From Squalus acanthias (lineage: Eukaryota), in assembly GCA_030390025.1 (NCBI GenBank), contig CM059432.1, positions 20,586,001-20,650,000 of the forward strand: a DNA stretch of 64,000 nt, in the 5' to 3' direction. The notes under the pieces are model-generated. The model was not told where the DNA came from and made no database searches. It worked only from the letters and a program-made list of their open reading frames with translations. The position numbers and the translations under genes were made by a program. This document shows positions 49,401 through 63,061 of the stretch, piece after piece (within the stretch, counting starts at the first letter, position 1; every line of letters begins with the position of its first letter).

Positions 49401-51292
49401 CAGTCATAGAGTCATAGAGTCATACAGCACAGAAAGAGGCCCTTCGGCCCATCGTGTCCGCACCGGCCATCAAGTCCTGTCTATTCTAATCCCATTTTCC
49501 AGCACTTGGTCTGTAGCCTTGTATGCTATGATGTTTCAAGTGCTCATCTAAATGCTTCTTGAATGTTGTGAGGTTTCCTGCCTCTACCACCCTTTCAGGC
49601 AGTGAGTTCCAGGTTCCAACCACCCTCTGGGTGAAAAGGTTTTTCCTCAAATCCCCTCTAAACCTCCTGCCCCTTACCTTGAAACTATGCCCCCTGGTTA
49701 TTGACCCCTCTACTAAGGGGAAAAGTTCCTTTCTATCTACCCTATCTATGCCCCTTATAATTTTGTACACCTCAATCAGGTCCCCCCTCAGTCTTCTCTG
49801 CTCTAAGGAAAACAACCCCAGCCTGTCCAGTCTCTCTTCATAGCTGAAGCACTCCAGCCCAGGTAACATCCTGGTGAATCTCCTTTGCACCCTCTCCAAT
49901 GCAATCACATCCCTCCTATAGTGACCAGAACTGCACACAGTATTCCAGCTGTGGCCTAACTAGTGTTTTGTACAGCTCCATCATAACCTCCCTGCTCTTA
50001 TATTCTATGCCTCGGCTAATGAAGGCAAGTATCCCATATGCCTTTTTAACCACCTTATCTACCTGTCCTGCTGCCTTCAGGGATCTATGTACATGCACAA
50101 CAAGGTCCCTCTGATCCTCTGTCCTTCCTAGGGTCCTACCATTCATTGTGTATTCCCTTGCCTTGTTTGTCCTCCCAAAATGCATCACCTCACACTTTTC
50201 AGGGTTAAATTCCATTTGCCACTGTTCTGCCCATCTAACCATCCCGTCTATATCGTCCTGTAGCCTGAGGCTTCCCTCCTCGCTATTTACCACTCCACCA
50301 ATTTTCGTGTGATCTGCAAACTTACTGATCATACCTCCTACATTCATATCTAAATCATTAATGTACACTACAAACAGCAAAGGACCCAGCATCGACCCCT
50401 GCGGTACACCACTGGACACGGGCTTCCAGTCACAAAAACAACCTTCGACCATCACCCTCTGCCTCCTGCCACTAAGCCAATTTTGGATCCAATGTGCCAA
50501 GTTGCCCTGGATCCCATGGGCTCTTACCTTCTTGACCAGTCTCCCATGTGGGACTTTGTCAAATGCCTTACTGAAGTCCATGTAGACTACATCAACTGCA
50601 CTACCCTCATCCACACACCTAGTCACTCCCTCGAAAAATTCAATCAAATTGGTCAGACATGATCTCCCCCTGACAAAGCCATGCTGACTATCCCTGATTA
50701 ATCCCTGCCTCTCCAAGTGGAGACTAATTCTGTCCCTCAGAATTTTTTCCAATAATTTCCCTACCACTGATGTTAGGCTCACTGGCCTGTAATTCCCTGG
50801 TTTATCCCTACTACCCTTCTTGAACAATGGTACTACGTTAGCTGTTCTCCAGTCCTCTGGCACATCCCCTGTGGCCAGAGAGGTTCTGAAAATTTGTGTC
50901 AGAGCCCCTGCAATCTCCTCCCTTGCCTCACACAGCAGCCTGGGATACATCCCGTCAGGGCCTGGGGATTTATCTATTCTTAAGCCTGCTAAAACCGCTA
51001 GTACCTCCTCCCTCTCTATATTAATTTGTTCAAGTATATCACAATCCCCCTGCCTGATTTCTATGCCTACATCACCCTTCTCCATAGTGAATACAGATGC
51101 AAAATATTCATTTAAAACCTCACCTACATCTTCCGGCTCTACACACAGATTGCCACTTTAGTCCCTAATGGGCCCTACTCTATCCCTGGTTATCCTCTTG
51201 CCCTTAATATACTTATAAAACACCTTGGGATTTTCCTTTATTTTGCCCGCCAGTGTTTTTTCATGCCCCCTCTTCACTCTCCTAATTTCTTT
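49400..51292 (-). mobile_element. CR1 LINE (second subfamily) RT and 3' end, antisense insertion
   Basis: ORFs 49916..51085 and 49486..49938 with RT motifs, and a (tatgactc)n tail. Confidence 0.93.
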
Positions 51293-52056
51293 TGTGTTTG
51301 ACAAAATTATTAGAGTTTTTTGAGGATGTAACTAGCAGGGGAGATAAAGGGGAACCTGTGGATGTAGTATATTTGGATTTCCAAAAGGCATTCGACAAGG
51401 TGCCACATGAAAGGTTATTGCACAAGATTAGGGTTCATGGGGTTGGGGGTAATATAATAGCATGGATAGCGGATTGATTAATGGACAGAAAACAGAGAGT
51501 AGGGATAAACAGATCTTTTTCAGGTTGGCAGGCTGTAACTAGTGGGATGCTGCAAGGATCAGTGTTGGGGCCTCAGCTATTCACAATCTATATTAATGAC
51601 CTAGATGAAGGGACTGAGTGTAATGTAGCCAAGTTTGCTGATGATACAAAGCTAGGTGGGACAGTAAGCTGTGAGGAGAACACAAAGAGTCTGCAAAGGG
51701 ATATAGATAGATTAAGTGAGTGGGCAGTAAGGTGGCAGATGGAGTATAATGTAGGGAAATGTGAGGTTATTCACTTTGGTAGGAAGAATAGAAAAACAGA
51801 ATATTTTTTAAATGGTGAGAAACTTTCAAATGTTGGTGTTCAGAGAGATTTGGGTGTCCTCGTGCAAGAAACACAGAAAGCTAGCATGCAGGTACAGCAA
51901 GCAATAAGGAAGCCAAATGTCATGTTGGCCTTTATTGCAAGGGGGTTGGAATATAAGAGTAAGGAAGTCTTGTTACAATTGTACAGGGCCTTGGTGAGAC
52001 CACACCTGGAGTACTGTGCACAGTTTTGGTCTCCTTATCTAAGGAAGGGTATACTT

Positions 52057-53340
52057 GAAATAACAACAGAAAATGCTGGAAACATTCAGCAGGCCAGGCA
52101 GCATACGTGGAGAGAGAAACAGAGTTAACGTTTCAGGTCTGTGACCCTTCGTCAGAACTGGTAAAAGTTGGAGATGTAACAGGTTTTAAGCAGGTGCAGA
52201 GGCAGGAAAAGGGGGGGGGGTGGGGGGGAGGAAGGAATTTAAGACACAATGGCCCAAAAATTAGTCCCGCGACGCGAGAGTACGCACTGTGTACTCTCGC
52301 GTATTCTGTCTCCAAATGCCGGTTTTCTGCATGCACTGCGCATGCGCTGAAAACCGGCACTTGGTGAATGGGAAAGGGGGCGGGTCCTCGGTGCACCGCG
52401 TGCGCGCTACAGGCTGCGCGCACGCTGTGCACTTAGTGCTTTGGACGCGCAGGTAAGTACGGAAGATTTTAGAAATGAAAAAAGGAGGAGTAAGACCCAC
52501 TTTTAACATGTTAAGTAGTGAATTAAGTATTATTTTGAATTTTTTTTAACAGGTATATCTTTTTTAGAGACTTTAAAGACAGGTAAGTTTATTTTTATAA
52601 CTTTTTAAAAGTTTTTAAATTTTTTCAAAAATTTAATTTTTTATTTAAAATGGTTAATTTATTTAACTATACTTATTTTATTAATGTGATGGTTTTTTTT
52701 TTAAATTTAATTGAGCTTTAGCTGTTATTTTGGGGGTGTGTAAGATTCATAGCTTTCACAGCACTTATGTGAAACTTATGAATGGAAGATGGTGTGCTGC
52801 CATTGGCTCTAACTGAGTCACGTGATCCCACAGCTCGCACGAATTCACTACGCCGGTGGGATACGAAAGCACTGCACAGCAGCTGTCCAGAACATGAAGT
52901 TCGTGCGAGCTGGAACTGAAAAAGCCAACGCGGAGTGAGAGATCGCGGGGAAGCCTTACCCCCGCGTCAACACTCAGTCTTTAATTTCTGGGCCAATCTG
53001 TGCTAGGATTGAACTCAGGAGAGATAAAATGTTGCAAATGGGGATGGCAGAATCATCAACAGCTGCCGCCTGAAAAAATGGAGGGGTTATAGTTTGAAAT
53101 TGTTGAATTCAATGTTGAGTCCAGAAGGATATAAAGTGCCTAATCGAAATATGAGGTGCTGTTCCTCGAGCTTACGTTGTGCTTCATTGGAACAGTGTAA
53201 AAGGCCGAGGACAGAGAGGTCAGAGTGGGAATGGAGCGGAGAATTAAAGTGACAGGCGACCGGAATCTCGGGGTCACCCTTACGAACTGAACGGAAGTGT
53301 TCCGCAAAGCGGTCACCCATTCTGCGTTTGGTCTCCCCAC
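52057..53340 (-). mobile_element. Penelope-like 3' fragment in CR1, itself split by a MITE
   Basis: ORF 53087..53359 GETKRRMGDRFAEHFRSV. pLTR with hammerhead motif at 52123-52160 (CUGACGA...GAAA). Confidence 0.85.
52251..52994. mobile_element. Harbinger-type MITE
   Basis: TIRs ggcccaaaaatta / taatttctgggcc, with TSD AAT. Confidence 0.75.
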
Positions 53341-53895
53341 TGCCTTGGATGTGGTGCAACGAAGGTTCACTAGATTGATTCCTGGGATGAGAGGGCTGTC
53401 CTATGATGAGAGATTGTGTAGAATGGGCCTATACTCTCTGGAGTTTAGAAGAATGAGAGGTGATCTTATTGAAACATACAAGATTCTGAAGGGGATTGAC
53501 AGGGTAGATGCTGAGAGGTTGTTTCCCCTGGCTAGAGCGTCTAGAACCATGAGGCATAATCTCAGGATAAGGGGCAGGCTATTTAAGACCGAGATGAGGA
53601 GGAATTTCTTCACTCAGAGGGATGTGAATCTTTGGAGTTCCTGCCCAGAGGGCTGTGAATGATGAGTCTTTGAGTATATTCAAGGTTACGATTGATAGAT
53701 TTTTGGACTTTAGGTGATTCAAGGGATATGGAGATTGGGCGGGAAAGTGGAGTTGAGGTCGATGATCAGCCATGATCTTATTGAATGGCGGAACAGGCTC
53801 GAGGGGCCAGATGGCCTACTCCTGCTTCTATTTCTTATGTTCTTATGTTATATAATGGTTGGTCTGCACACCCATCAAACCTTCTAAAGTCTAAT

Positions 53896-54613
53896 GGGGG
53901 GAAAAATTGGGTTGATTTGCACCTCTCATTAGTGCCCCCGGGCGCAAATCAGCTAGCGCCCGGGCGCGGCGCCGCTGACGCCTCCCGCAAAATTCAACGG
54001 AAGGTTAGCGGCGGTGGTAGCTGGTAGCTCCCCACAGTGCTGCGCTGCCGGTGATGGTGTCATCGCCGTGTGCAGCGCCCCGTTTGCACCCCGGCCACAA
54101 ACTTCACTTGCGCTTCCTGACCTATCGCCAGACGAAACGTCCGACAGGGTCAGAGGGGCATTTTTGTAGCGGCGGCGGTGCTATGAAAAGGGGAAGGTGT
54201 CGGGCGGCCATTTTTTTTGGCCAACTCCCAGCACCTGCCCCCTTCCCCTTTTTTCCTCGGGGTGCCGGCTGTGATCGCTGAGCCCTGCACTCCTCTTGAG
54301 TGCCGGCTGTTTTCCTGGCACCCCGCTCCCCGGTGGTCTACCAGGGCCCCGGTGCGCGCAGCGCTAGGCCCCTCCCCTTTAATCAGGGGAGGAGACCTGC
54401 AATGACGCGGCGCTACGTGCTAACGCGTGTGGCACTGTTGCACGTAGCGCTGCGACCTTCAGTTGTCGTGCCCCAAGAAGGAGGTGGAACACTTCCAGTA
54501 GCACTCCACCTCCTGCTTGCGGCGCTACTAGTGAATTTCTGGCGGAGGGGCGCTAACTTTAGCGCCCCGGCGACGTTAGCGCCCCAAAATAAGTGCCACC
54601 CAATTTTTCCCCC
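53896..54613. mobile_element. Harbinger-type MITE
   Basis: TIRs ggggggaaaaattgggt / acccaatttttccccc, with TSD AAT. Confidence 0.8.
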
Positions 54614-54844
54614 AATATCTTTGAGAACCTCCCTTTTTATTAATTCCACAATTCTCACTTTCTATTCAGTTATAAAAAAATCCTGGAATGTTCCACCAAC
54701 TGCTTCATTCCTTGTCCTTTTATTATGTGTGTCTTTTGCCTTTAACCATAAGAGTGATTTAAGAGAGGTTGATTTGAACCATAGAAATTGCTTCCAACAG
54801 TACATTTTCTTTGCCATAACAACAAGAGTTATGTCCTTGCGTTA

Positions 54845-55570
54845 GCCATAGTTGGTGTCATATTTGACCCCGAGATGAGCTTCTGACCACACATCTGCGC
54901 CAGCACTAAGAACGCCTATTTCCACCTCTGTAACATCGCCTGACTCCGCCCCGCCTCACTCATCTGCTGCTGAAACTCTCATCCATGCCTTTGTTACCTC
55001 TAGACTTGACTATTCCAACACACTCCTGGCCGGCCACCCATCTCCTACCCTCCGTAAACTTGAGGTCATCCAAAACTCGGCTGCCCATGTCCTAACTCAC
55101 ACCAAGTCCCATTCACCCATCACCCCTGTGCTCGCTGACCTACATTGGCTCCTGATTAACCAACGCCTAATTTTTAAAATTCTCATCCTTGTTTTCAAAT
55201 CTCTCCATGGCCTCGCCCCTCCCTATCTCTGTAATCTTCTCCAGCTCTACAACCCTCCGAGATATCCTGTGCTCCTCTAATTCTGGTCTCTTGAGAATCC
55301 CCGATTTTAATCACTCCACCATTGGCGGCTGTGCCTTCAGCAGCCAAGGCCCTAAGCTCTGGAATTACCCTCCCTGAACCTCTCCACCTCCCTACCACTC
55401 TTTGTTCCTTTAAGATGCTCATTAAAACCTACCTCTTTGACCAAGCTTTTGGTCAAATGCCCTAATTTCTACTTATGTGGCTCGGTGTCAAATTTTGTTT
55501 GATAATGCTCTTGTGAAGTACCTTTGGGCATTCTTCTGCGTTAAAGGTGCTATATAAATACCAGTTGCTG
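54845..55570 (+). mobile_element. L2 LINE 3' end
   Basis: AETLIHAFVTSRLDYSN...HITPVLADLHWL, with tail aaaggtgctatataaatacc. Confidence 0.85.
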
Positions 55571-55869
55571 TAATCTGCTATTTTCACTTGTGCTACCTTC
55601 CTCGTCACATGCTTCTTGATATTTTTCAGAGTACAGCATTTTTTCATATAGCTGTAGCAACTAGTTATCTTCATCTCCATCTCTAGTCTTCACTTCTACC
55701 TTATAGTATTATTCTTACCTTCTTTTGCTACTCTTTTTTTAAACCATAAAACTTTTTCTGGGATTCTGCCACCTGCCAGATCCTGATGGTAGTTGTTCCC
55801 AAGTTCAAATTATCTATGATGTGTGGCGCAGTTAGCTTGCCTCCAGAGCATGTCTGTGGGCTGCTTAGC

Positions 55870-56650
55870 CAACAACAACATCTTGCTATTTTGTAGTGCT
55901 TTCATAGAAAAAATGTCCCAAAGTACTTCATAGATAAGTGTGTGCAAAATGGACCCAAAGGCAGGGAAGGATAGATTCGAAGGGGTGATTAAAGGCCTGG
56001 GTTAAATGAATGGTATTGAGGAGGTTTGTTTAAAGCAGGAGAGAGGGGAGAGGTGGAAGGATTTAAGAAAGGAATCCCAGAGAGTAGGACCCAAGTGGAT
56101 AAAGACAGTGCCACCAATGTTGGAGTAAAGGGTGGAGGGACGCACAAGAGGTCCAAGTTAGAAAAATGGAGAATTTGAGATAGATAGATTTTTGGTCTCT
56201 AGGGGAATCAAGGGATATGGCGATCGGGCAGGAAAGTGGAGTTGAGGTCGAAGATCAGCCATGATCTTATTGAATGGCGGAGCAGGCTCAAAGGGCCATA
56301 TGGCCTACTCCTGCTCCTAATTCTTAAGTTCTTATGTTGAGGGAGAATATAGGACTGGAGGAGACTGCAGCGATAGTGTAGTCTGAAGCCACGAGGGGAT
56401 TTAAAGACGAGGATGAGGATTGGCGAGTCAATGTGGGTCAGCAAGAACAGGAGTGATGGACAAGTAATGCAGAACAGGATATATGCTGCAGAGTTATAGA
56501 GAAGTTGGATTTTATGGAGGGTGGAAGATGGGAGGTTAGCAAGGACAGCATTGGTGTAATTGAGTCTGGAGATAACAAAGGCAGGCATAAAGGTTTTAGC
56601 GGCATAGAGGCTGAGGTAGGGGAGTTGAGCGATATTCTGGAGGTACAAGT
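55870..56650 (-). mobile_element. L2 LINE 3' fragment with inserted CR1 tail (+, 56178-56337)
   Basis: ORF 56208..56648 AFVISRLNYTNAVL...NSAA. Confidence 0.75.
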
Positions 56651-59600
56651 AAAAGTTGCTTGTAATAGAGAAGATAGGGGTCTGAACAAGAGTCCAAAGT
56701 TGTGAATAATCTGGTTCAGCATGAGAGAATGGCCGAGAAGCGAAGGGGAGATGCTAGACAAAAAGAAATTCTGTTTTTCCATTACCCGGTTAGTGAAATG
56801 GCATCATGAATTTGTCAATTCTCTAAATTTTTTCAAACTGGGCAGCTAAATTTTTTAAATTAATTTTTGGGATGTGGGCTTTGCTGGCAAGGCCTGCATT
56901 TATTGCCCATCCATAGGCCATTTCAGAGGGCAGTTACATATCCTTCAGAGGACAAAAGTTACATATAGGCCAGATTCGGTAAGGATGGCAGGTTTGTTTC
57001 CCTAAAGGACTCACAAACTTTTCAACACTGATACCAATGAAATGGCTCATTAACTGCTTGAGAAGTGGGATTATTATTATAGGTGTGTCTGGATTGGCTC
57101 GTTTTCTGTCGTTCCTATTAATGAAACCATGTTACACAAGATGGCCCATGGCAAAACCATTCCACCATTTTGATTGCAGGCCATTCAAAAAAGCCCATCC
57201 AGCTCATTTGAAACAAATAAAGAAAATATAGCCCCTAGAAATTAAATATTAAGCAGAATTACCGCTGATTTGGGTAGGGTCAAGGACGTTTAAAATTTGT
57301 GTTATTTGTGTGGTGCCTGGCCAATTTGCTTCGATGTAACAAGTAACTCTTAAAAACGTTCCATCATTTAGAGTCCTTTTTCCCTCTAATTATCACCCTT
57401 TTTGTATCCCATGAAGGAACTGACTCATACTGAGGTAGGTTTTCACAGGTGCCAGCAACTCTCTGACACTTTACACAAGTGGCCTTTTATATTGCACTGG
57501 CCTTGTGTTTCAACTCTTCACAATCCTAATGGCTGAGGGCAGGTGTCTTAACCACGGTTGCTAAGTTCCTTTTGAATGGTCATCCATCATCCTAAACATA
57601 ATCAAAACATGCGACTAAGTGGTAAAGTGTATTTGTACATTCTTTTCGACATTTTAATTATTACATAAATGTGACCATTCCTGAGAAAAACATAAATGCC
57701 AGAAAACTTCAATTAAAAACAAAAAATACTGGAACTGCAAAGCTGCTCAAACAGCATCGGAAAGCAAAGATAGAGTAACATTTTGTTAATATTACATTAG
57801 GAATTATTTCTTATTTAAAGGCACACTGCAACATGAACCTATATCTATTTCAAGTGCAGATCGACCGGCTCTGTATTTATAAGATAGGTTGGGGCTATTA
57901 ATAGACCTCGTCACATTGTCCAGTGACCCAATGGATAATTGACATTTCTGTTTGATACTATAGACATAACCAAAGACATTCACATTGGAGGCTATCAATA
58001 TAAAGGTTGGCGCAGGTATTGATCATTTGCCATTACCCATTAGGTAGATTGTGTATCATCTCATATTTTCAAAGCATGTTAAAGATATTGGGTGATCCTT
58101 ATTGCTGCATATAATGACCTACCAAAATAGGGCACCGAAATCTGAATGATCTTGTAGGCCTTGAAATGACACTACTATTAGCGCTTGAATGCTTAGTGCA
58201 TTAATTTGAATTTCTTTTGCTAATTTAACATAAGCAACAACGTGTTTTAAATAAATGGTTTAATGACTTCATGAGTATGACAGAAAAAATGAATTTCATA
58301 CGAATGCTCTCAATGTTTGTAGACTGCTACGGCACAGCGCAATTTTGAGACCCTCTCAGAATCCTGGATGTAAAACTGTGCAAAGCTATTCACTTTTATC
58401 AGGATCCACATAAGGCATCAATGCCACCGTTATGCTGCTGGTACTAGCTTGACACTGGCAACTGCTGGCTCCGTCCAACTCTGTACTTGGACATAACAGA
58501 GTTCCAGCATAATTAAGATAAAAGCGTAGAGCTCCGCTCATCGGCATCCAAAAGCTGATGACATTTTAATGTCAGTAAAGACGTGACTGTCTGGTTAGCT
58601 TTTCAGTAACATAAGGACCGTCCAATATATTGAATGTGTTTGAAAATTCATTTTACACCATTTCCAGTTTTACTGACGCTTATTTGAAAGTACCTGCCAT
58701 AATTCGACACTAATAGGCTGAGATCAGGAGGTGCGGATTGCAATTTGCAACTGGCAAGACCTCTGGTACATCGCCTGCCAGCGAATCACGCTTTGATGAC
58801 CAGGAATGCATGCGTGCTTACAGATGTGCAGAGAACAGTGCTTCCCAGTGGTAAATTACTGATATTTTGAGAGTGCTGGTGACAGTATCCGCTTTCTCAG
58901 GACATTAATAAGACCCCACAGTAAATTTATAAGTGTGAAGTCCAACAGAGCTTGGTATTTAAACCTAGCTTCCGACCAAATCAACTGAACAATGTCAAGC
59001 CCGCGTAGCGCGAACCAGACTCCTGGAGACGGGTGTGACACTGTCACTTTCTAGCGATAGATGGCAAGTTACATTGTTACTTTTGTATTAAAGTGCAGTG
59101 GAGAGTGATATGCATCAGTGTAAAAAAAATGACTCTGTAACTGGACCCTCTCATTGTGCTCAAATTGGCAACCTCAAACTAGGCGAATGAAAAGGAAAAA
59201 ATCTGCAAATGCTCGAAAAATGAAGGGAAAACAGGAATTGCTAAAATAAAATTACACAGGTCAGTCAGTACCTTTGGAGAGAAAAGATGGGTTAATGTTT
59301 TGGTGGACCCTTTCTTTCGAACTGAAACTAAAATATGAAGCATTTTAGAAGATTCAGAAAATAAGGAGGGTGGGGGAAAAGACACAACAGATACTCCAAT
59401 CACAGATAAGAGCTCCTTCCCAAGATCCACAAACAGGACTGCCCTGGTAGACCCATCGTTTCAGCCTGTTCTTGCCCCGCAGAACTTATCTCTTCCTATC
59501 TCGACCCTATTTTTTCTCCCCTTGTCCAGTCTCTTCCCACCTACATCCGCGACTCTTCCGACGCCCTCCGCCACTTTAACAGTTTCCAGTTTCCCGGCCC

Positions 59601-59954
59601 CAACCGCCTGCTTTTCACTATGGACGTACAATCCCTCTACACTTCCATCCCCCACCAGGATGGCCTGAGGGCGCTCCGCTTCTTCCTTGAACAGAGGCCC
59701 AACCAGTCCCCATCCACCACCACCCTCCTCCGCCTGGCTGAACTTGTTCTCACATTGAACAACTTCTCCTTTGACTCCACTCATTTCCTCCAAATCAAAG
59801 GTGTTGCTATGGGTACCCGTATGGGTCCTAGCTATGCCTGCCATTTTGTGGGATATGTGGAACACTCTTTGTTCCAGTCCTACTTGGGTCCCCTCCCTCA
59901 CCTCTTTTTCCGATTGATGAATGTATCAGTGCCATCTCCTGCTCTCGCCCTGAA

Positions 59955-60980
59955 TTGGAAAATGTCATTCACTTTGCTTCCAATTTCCACCCTTCCCTCA
60001 CCTTCACATGGTCCATCTCCGACTCTTCCCTTCCCTTCTTTGACTTCTCTGTCTCCATCTCTGGGGATAGGTTATTGACAAACATTCACTACAAGCCCAC
60101 TGACTCCCACAGCTACCTGGACTACACTTCCTCCCACCCCGCCTCCTGTAAGGACTCTATTCCATTCTCCCAGTTTCTCCATCTCCGCCGCATCTGCTCT
60201 GACGATGCCACCTTCCATACCAGTGCTTCCGACATGTCTTCCTTTTCCCTCAACCGAGGATTCCCCTCTACTGTGGTTGACATGGCCCTCGACCGTGTCC
60301 GTTCTATCTCCCGCACTTCTGCCCTCACCCCTACCCCTCCCTCCCGGAACCATGATAGAGATCCCCTTGTCCTCACCTTTCACCCCACCAGCCTCCACAT
60401 TCAACGAACCATCCTCCGCCATTTCCGCCACCTCCAGCGTGATCCCACCACCAAACGCATCTTCCCCTCACCTCCCCTTTCAGCATTCCGTAGGGACCGC
60501 TCCCTCTGCGACACCCTAGTCCACTCCTCTACCACCCCCAGCACCCCTTCCCCTTCGCCCGGCACCTTCCCGTGCAAGCGCAGGAGATGCAACACATGCC
60601 CTTATACCTCCCCCCTTCCCACTGTCCAGGGCCCCAAACACCCCTTCCAGGTGAAACAGCGATTTACTTGTACTTCTTGCAATTTAGTATACTGTATTCG
60701 CTGCTCACGATGTGGTCTCCTCTACATTGGGGAGACCAAACGCAGATTGGGTGACCGCTTTGCAGAACACCTCCGTTCAGTCCGTAAGGTGGACCCCAAG
60801 CTCCCGGTGGCCTGTCACTTTAATTCACCGCTTCACTCCCACTCAGACCTCACCGTCCTTGGCCTCTTGCATTGTTCCATGGAATCTCAGCGTAAGCTCG
60901 AGGAACAGCACCTCATCTTTCGATTAGGCACTCTACAGCCCTATGGACTCAACATAGAGTTCAACAATTTCAGATCATAA
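59955..60980 (+). pseudogene. Penelope RT thumb + GIY-YIG endonuclease (frameshifted from 59620 ORF)
   Basis: YKPTD, HP, CKRRRCNTC linker, and LVYCIRC..C.LLYIGET.RRL..RF.EH. Confidence 0.9.
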
Positions 60981-61294
60981 CCTCGGCCCCTATCATATAT
61001 ATATATATTTTTTTATCCACACTTTTTGTTTGTCTTTTTATCTTCCCTCCCACATGGCAGCTGTCCTTCATTCTGCCAGCGCAATTCACACTTCATCTAG
61101 AGCCATCCTTTGTTCCTTAACCTGTCCCATTACCACCTCCTCTTGCCTTGAATATCTCTTAATGTCTCTCAATGTCTCTTAATCTCTCCTGCTTTCTATC
61201 CTATCACTGACCTTCCCTTTTGTTCTTTCATCCCCTCCCCCTTTTCCCAGCCCCTAAACTTGCTTTAAAATCTATTCCATTTCCTGCTTTTTTC

Positions 61295-61333
61295 CAGTTC
61301 TGATGAAAGGTCTTTGACCTGAAACGTTAACTC
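61295..61333 (+). ncRNA. Minimal hammerhead ribozyme motif
   Basis: cagtt-CUGAUGA-aaggtc-ttt-gacct-GAAA-cGUU-aact. Confidence 0.65.
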
Positions 61334-63061
61334 TGTTTCTCTCTCCACGGATGCTGCCTGGCCTGCTGAGTTTTTCCAGCATTTTCTGTTGTTATTACAG
61401 ATAGGAGCTCAATGGGCTGAATTATATGAAAGATTATCTCAGTGAGGCAATAGAAATACATTTTTAAAAAGAACATACATCTAATATGGTGAGAGGCCTG
61501 CCTAAGTAAAAATGGTGAGACAACAAGGGGAATTATAGAATCATAGAATGATACAGCACAGAAGGAGTTCATTTGGCCCATCGTGCCTGTGCCGGCTCTT
61601 TGAAAGAGCTATCCAACTAGTCCCACTCCCCTGCTCTTTCCCCATAGCCTTGAAAAATTTCCCCTTTAAAGTATTTATCCAATTTCCTTTTGAAAGTTAT
61701 TATTGAATCTGCTTTGTCGAATCTTCCAGGCATGGCATTCTAGATCATAACCTAGGGCGGAACAAACACAACCCTGGCAGATGAAGGTCTAAAATAAGTG
61801 CTGAAATGTTGGGAAGAAGACAGTAAGTACCTCAGTCAAAGTCACAACTGTGCTCTGATGAAGTGTCTACACACAAAAGGCCAATTAGCCTCTCTGTCCT
61901 GGAGAGACTAGGCCACATCTCATATCCTACAAGAGGACAGGCATTCTTGAGATTCATTGGGAGTCCCATATAGACAACTTTTATCTGGAGCAATTGGTGA
62001 AGTTACAAGTTCTCCAAGGTTAGAACAAGCTTAAATATAAACAGAAAATGCTGGAAATACTCAGCAGATCAGGCAGCATCTGTGAGCCTTGCCTCACTGA
62101 GATAATCTTCCATATAATTCAACCCATTGAGCACCTATTTGTGATTGCAGTATCTGCTATGTTTGTTCCCACATCCTCCTTATTTTCTGATTCTCCTAAA
62201 ATGCTTCATCTTTTAGTTTTCAGTTCTAAAGATGGGGTCCACTCAAAACATTAACCTATCTTTTCTCTCTCAAGGTATTGACTGACCTACTGTGCAATTT
62301 TCATTTTAGCATTTTCTGTTTTTCCTTCATTTTTGACGAAAGGTCACTGACCTGAAACGTTAACCCTGTTTCTCTCTCCATAAATTCTGCCGACCTGCTG
62401 AGCATTTCCAGCAATTTATGTTTATATTTCAGATTTCTAGTATCTGCAGTATTTTGTCTATGTATTAGAACAAGCTTAGCCAGGCGGAGGAGGGTGGTGG
62501 AGGATGGGGACTGGTTGGGTTGCTGTGCAAGGGAGCCTGGAAATCGCCATGGCAAGGGATGGAAGTGCAGAGTGACAGTGTGTCCATGGTAAAAAGGACA
62601 CAATTGGTGCTGGAGAACCTGAAATCATCAAAGTAACAGAAGGCATCAGAAGAGTCACAGGTGTGGGTGGATAGAGACTGGACAAGGGGGAAGAATAGAA
62701 ATGAAATAAGAGGAAATTAATTTGTTGGTACAGGAGCAAGCTGAAGCAGTTGTTTTACTGGGACAGTCCTATTTGTATGTCCTGGAGGTAGAAGTGGCAA
62801 TGTAGGGTTGGAGAATTACAAGGTTAGAGGGGGCAGTTCTCCAGATATGAGATGTGGAATAGTCTTGAGAAATAATGCTTTACTGTTTGGTAGAACAGGC
62901 TGGAGTTAATAGCTCAAACTAGGGTTTATACTGTGCTTTCTGCATCCATACAACATGAAAGCTGCGCCTCGTTGCAAAACTGCGGTATAACTGGCCTGTT
63001 AACACTTCGAGCAAAAGCCCCGAGTGCAACTGAAGATGAAGATTTTGACATGTTTCTTTTA

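Larger units (their letters stand above)
45160..53848 (+). mobile_element. Near full-length CR1 LINE (ORF1 + ORF2), multiply interrupted
   Basis: ORF1 zinc-finger/coiled-coil plus SGNH-esterase (VVGDSIVR...HVGTKD...ISGLLP), ORF2 APE (LYLNA, ITETWL), RT at 51293-52055, and tail to ~53848. Confidence 0.88.
59416..61396 (+). mobile_element. Penelope-like element, 5'-truncated, RT + GIY-YIG
   Basis: MDVQSLYTSIP, QIKGVAMG and a pLTR tail. Flanking ~14-bp duplication acagata(a/g)gagctc (59402-59415, 61397-61410). Confidence 0.93.
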
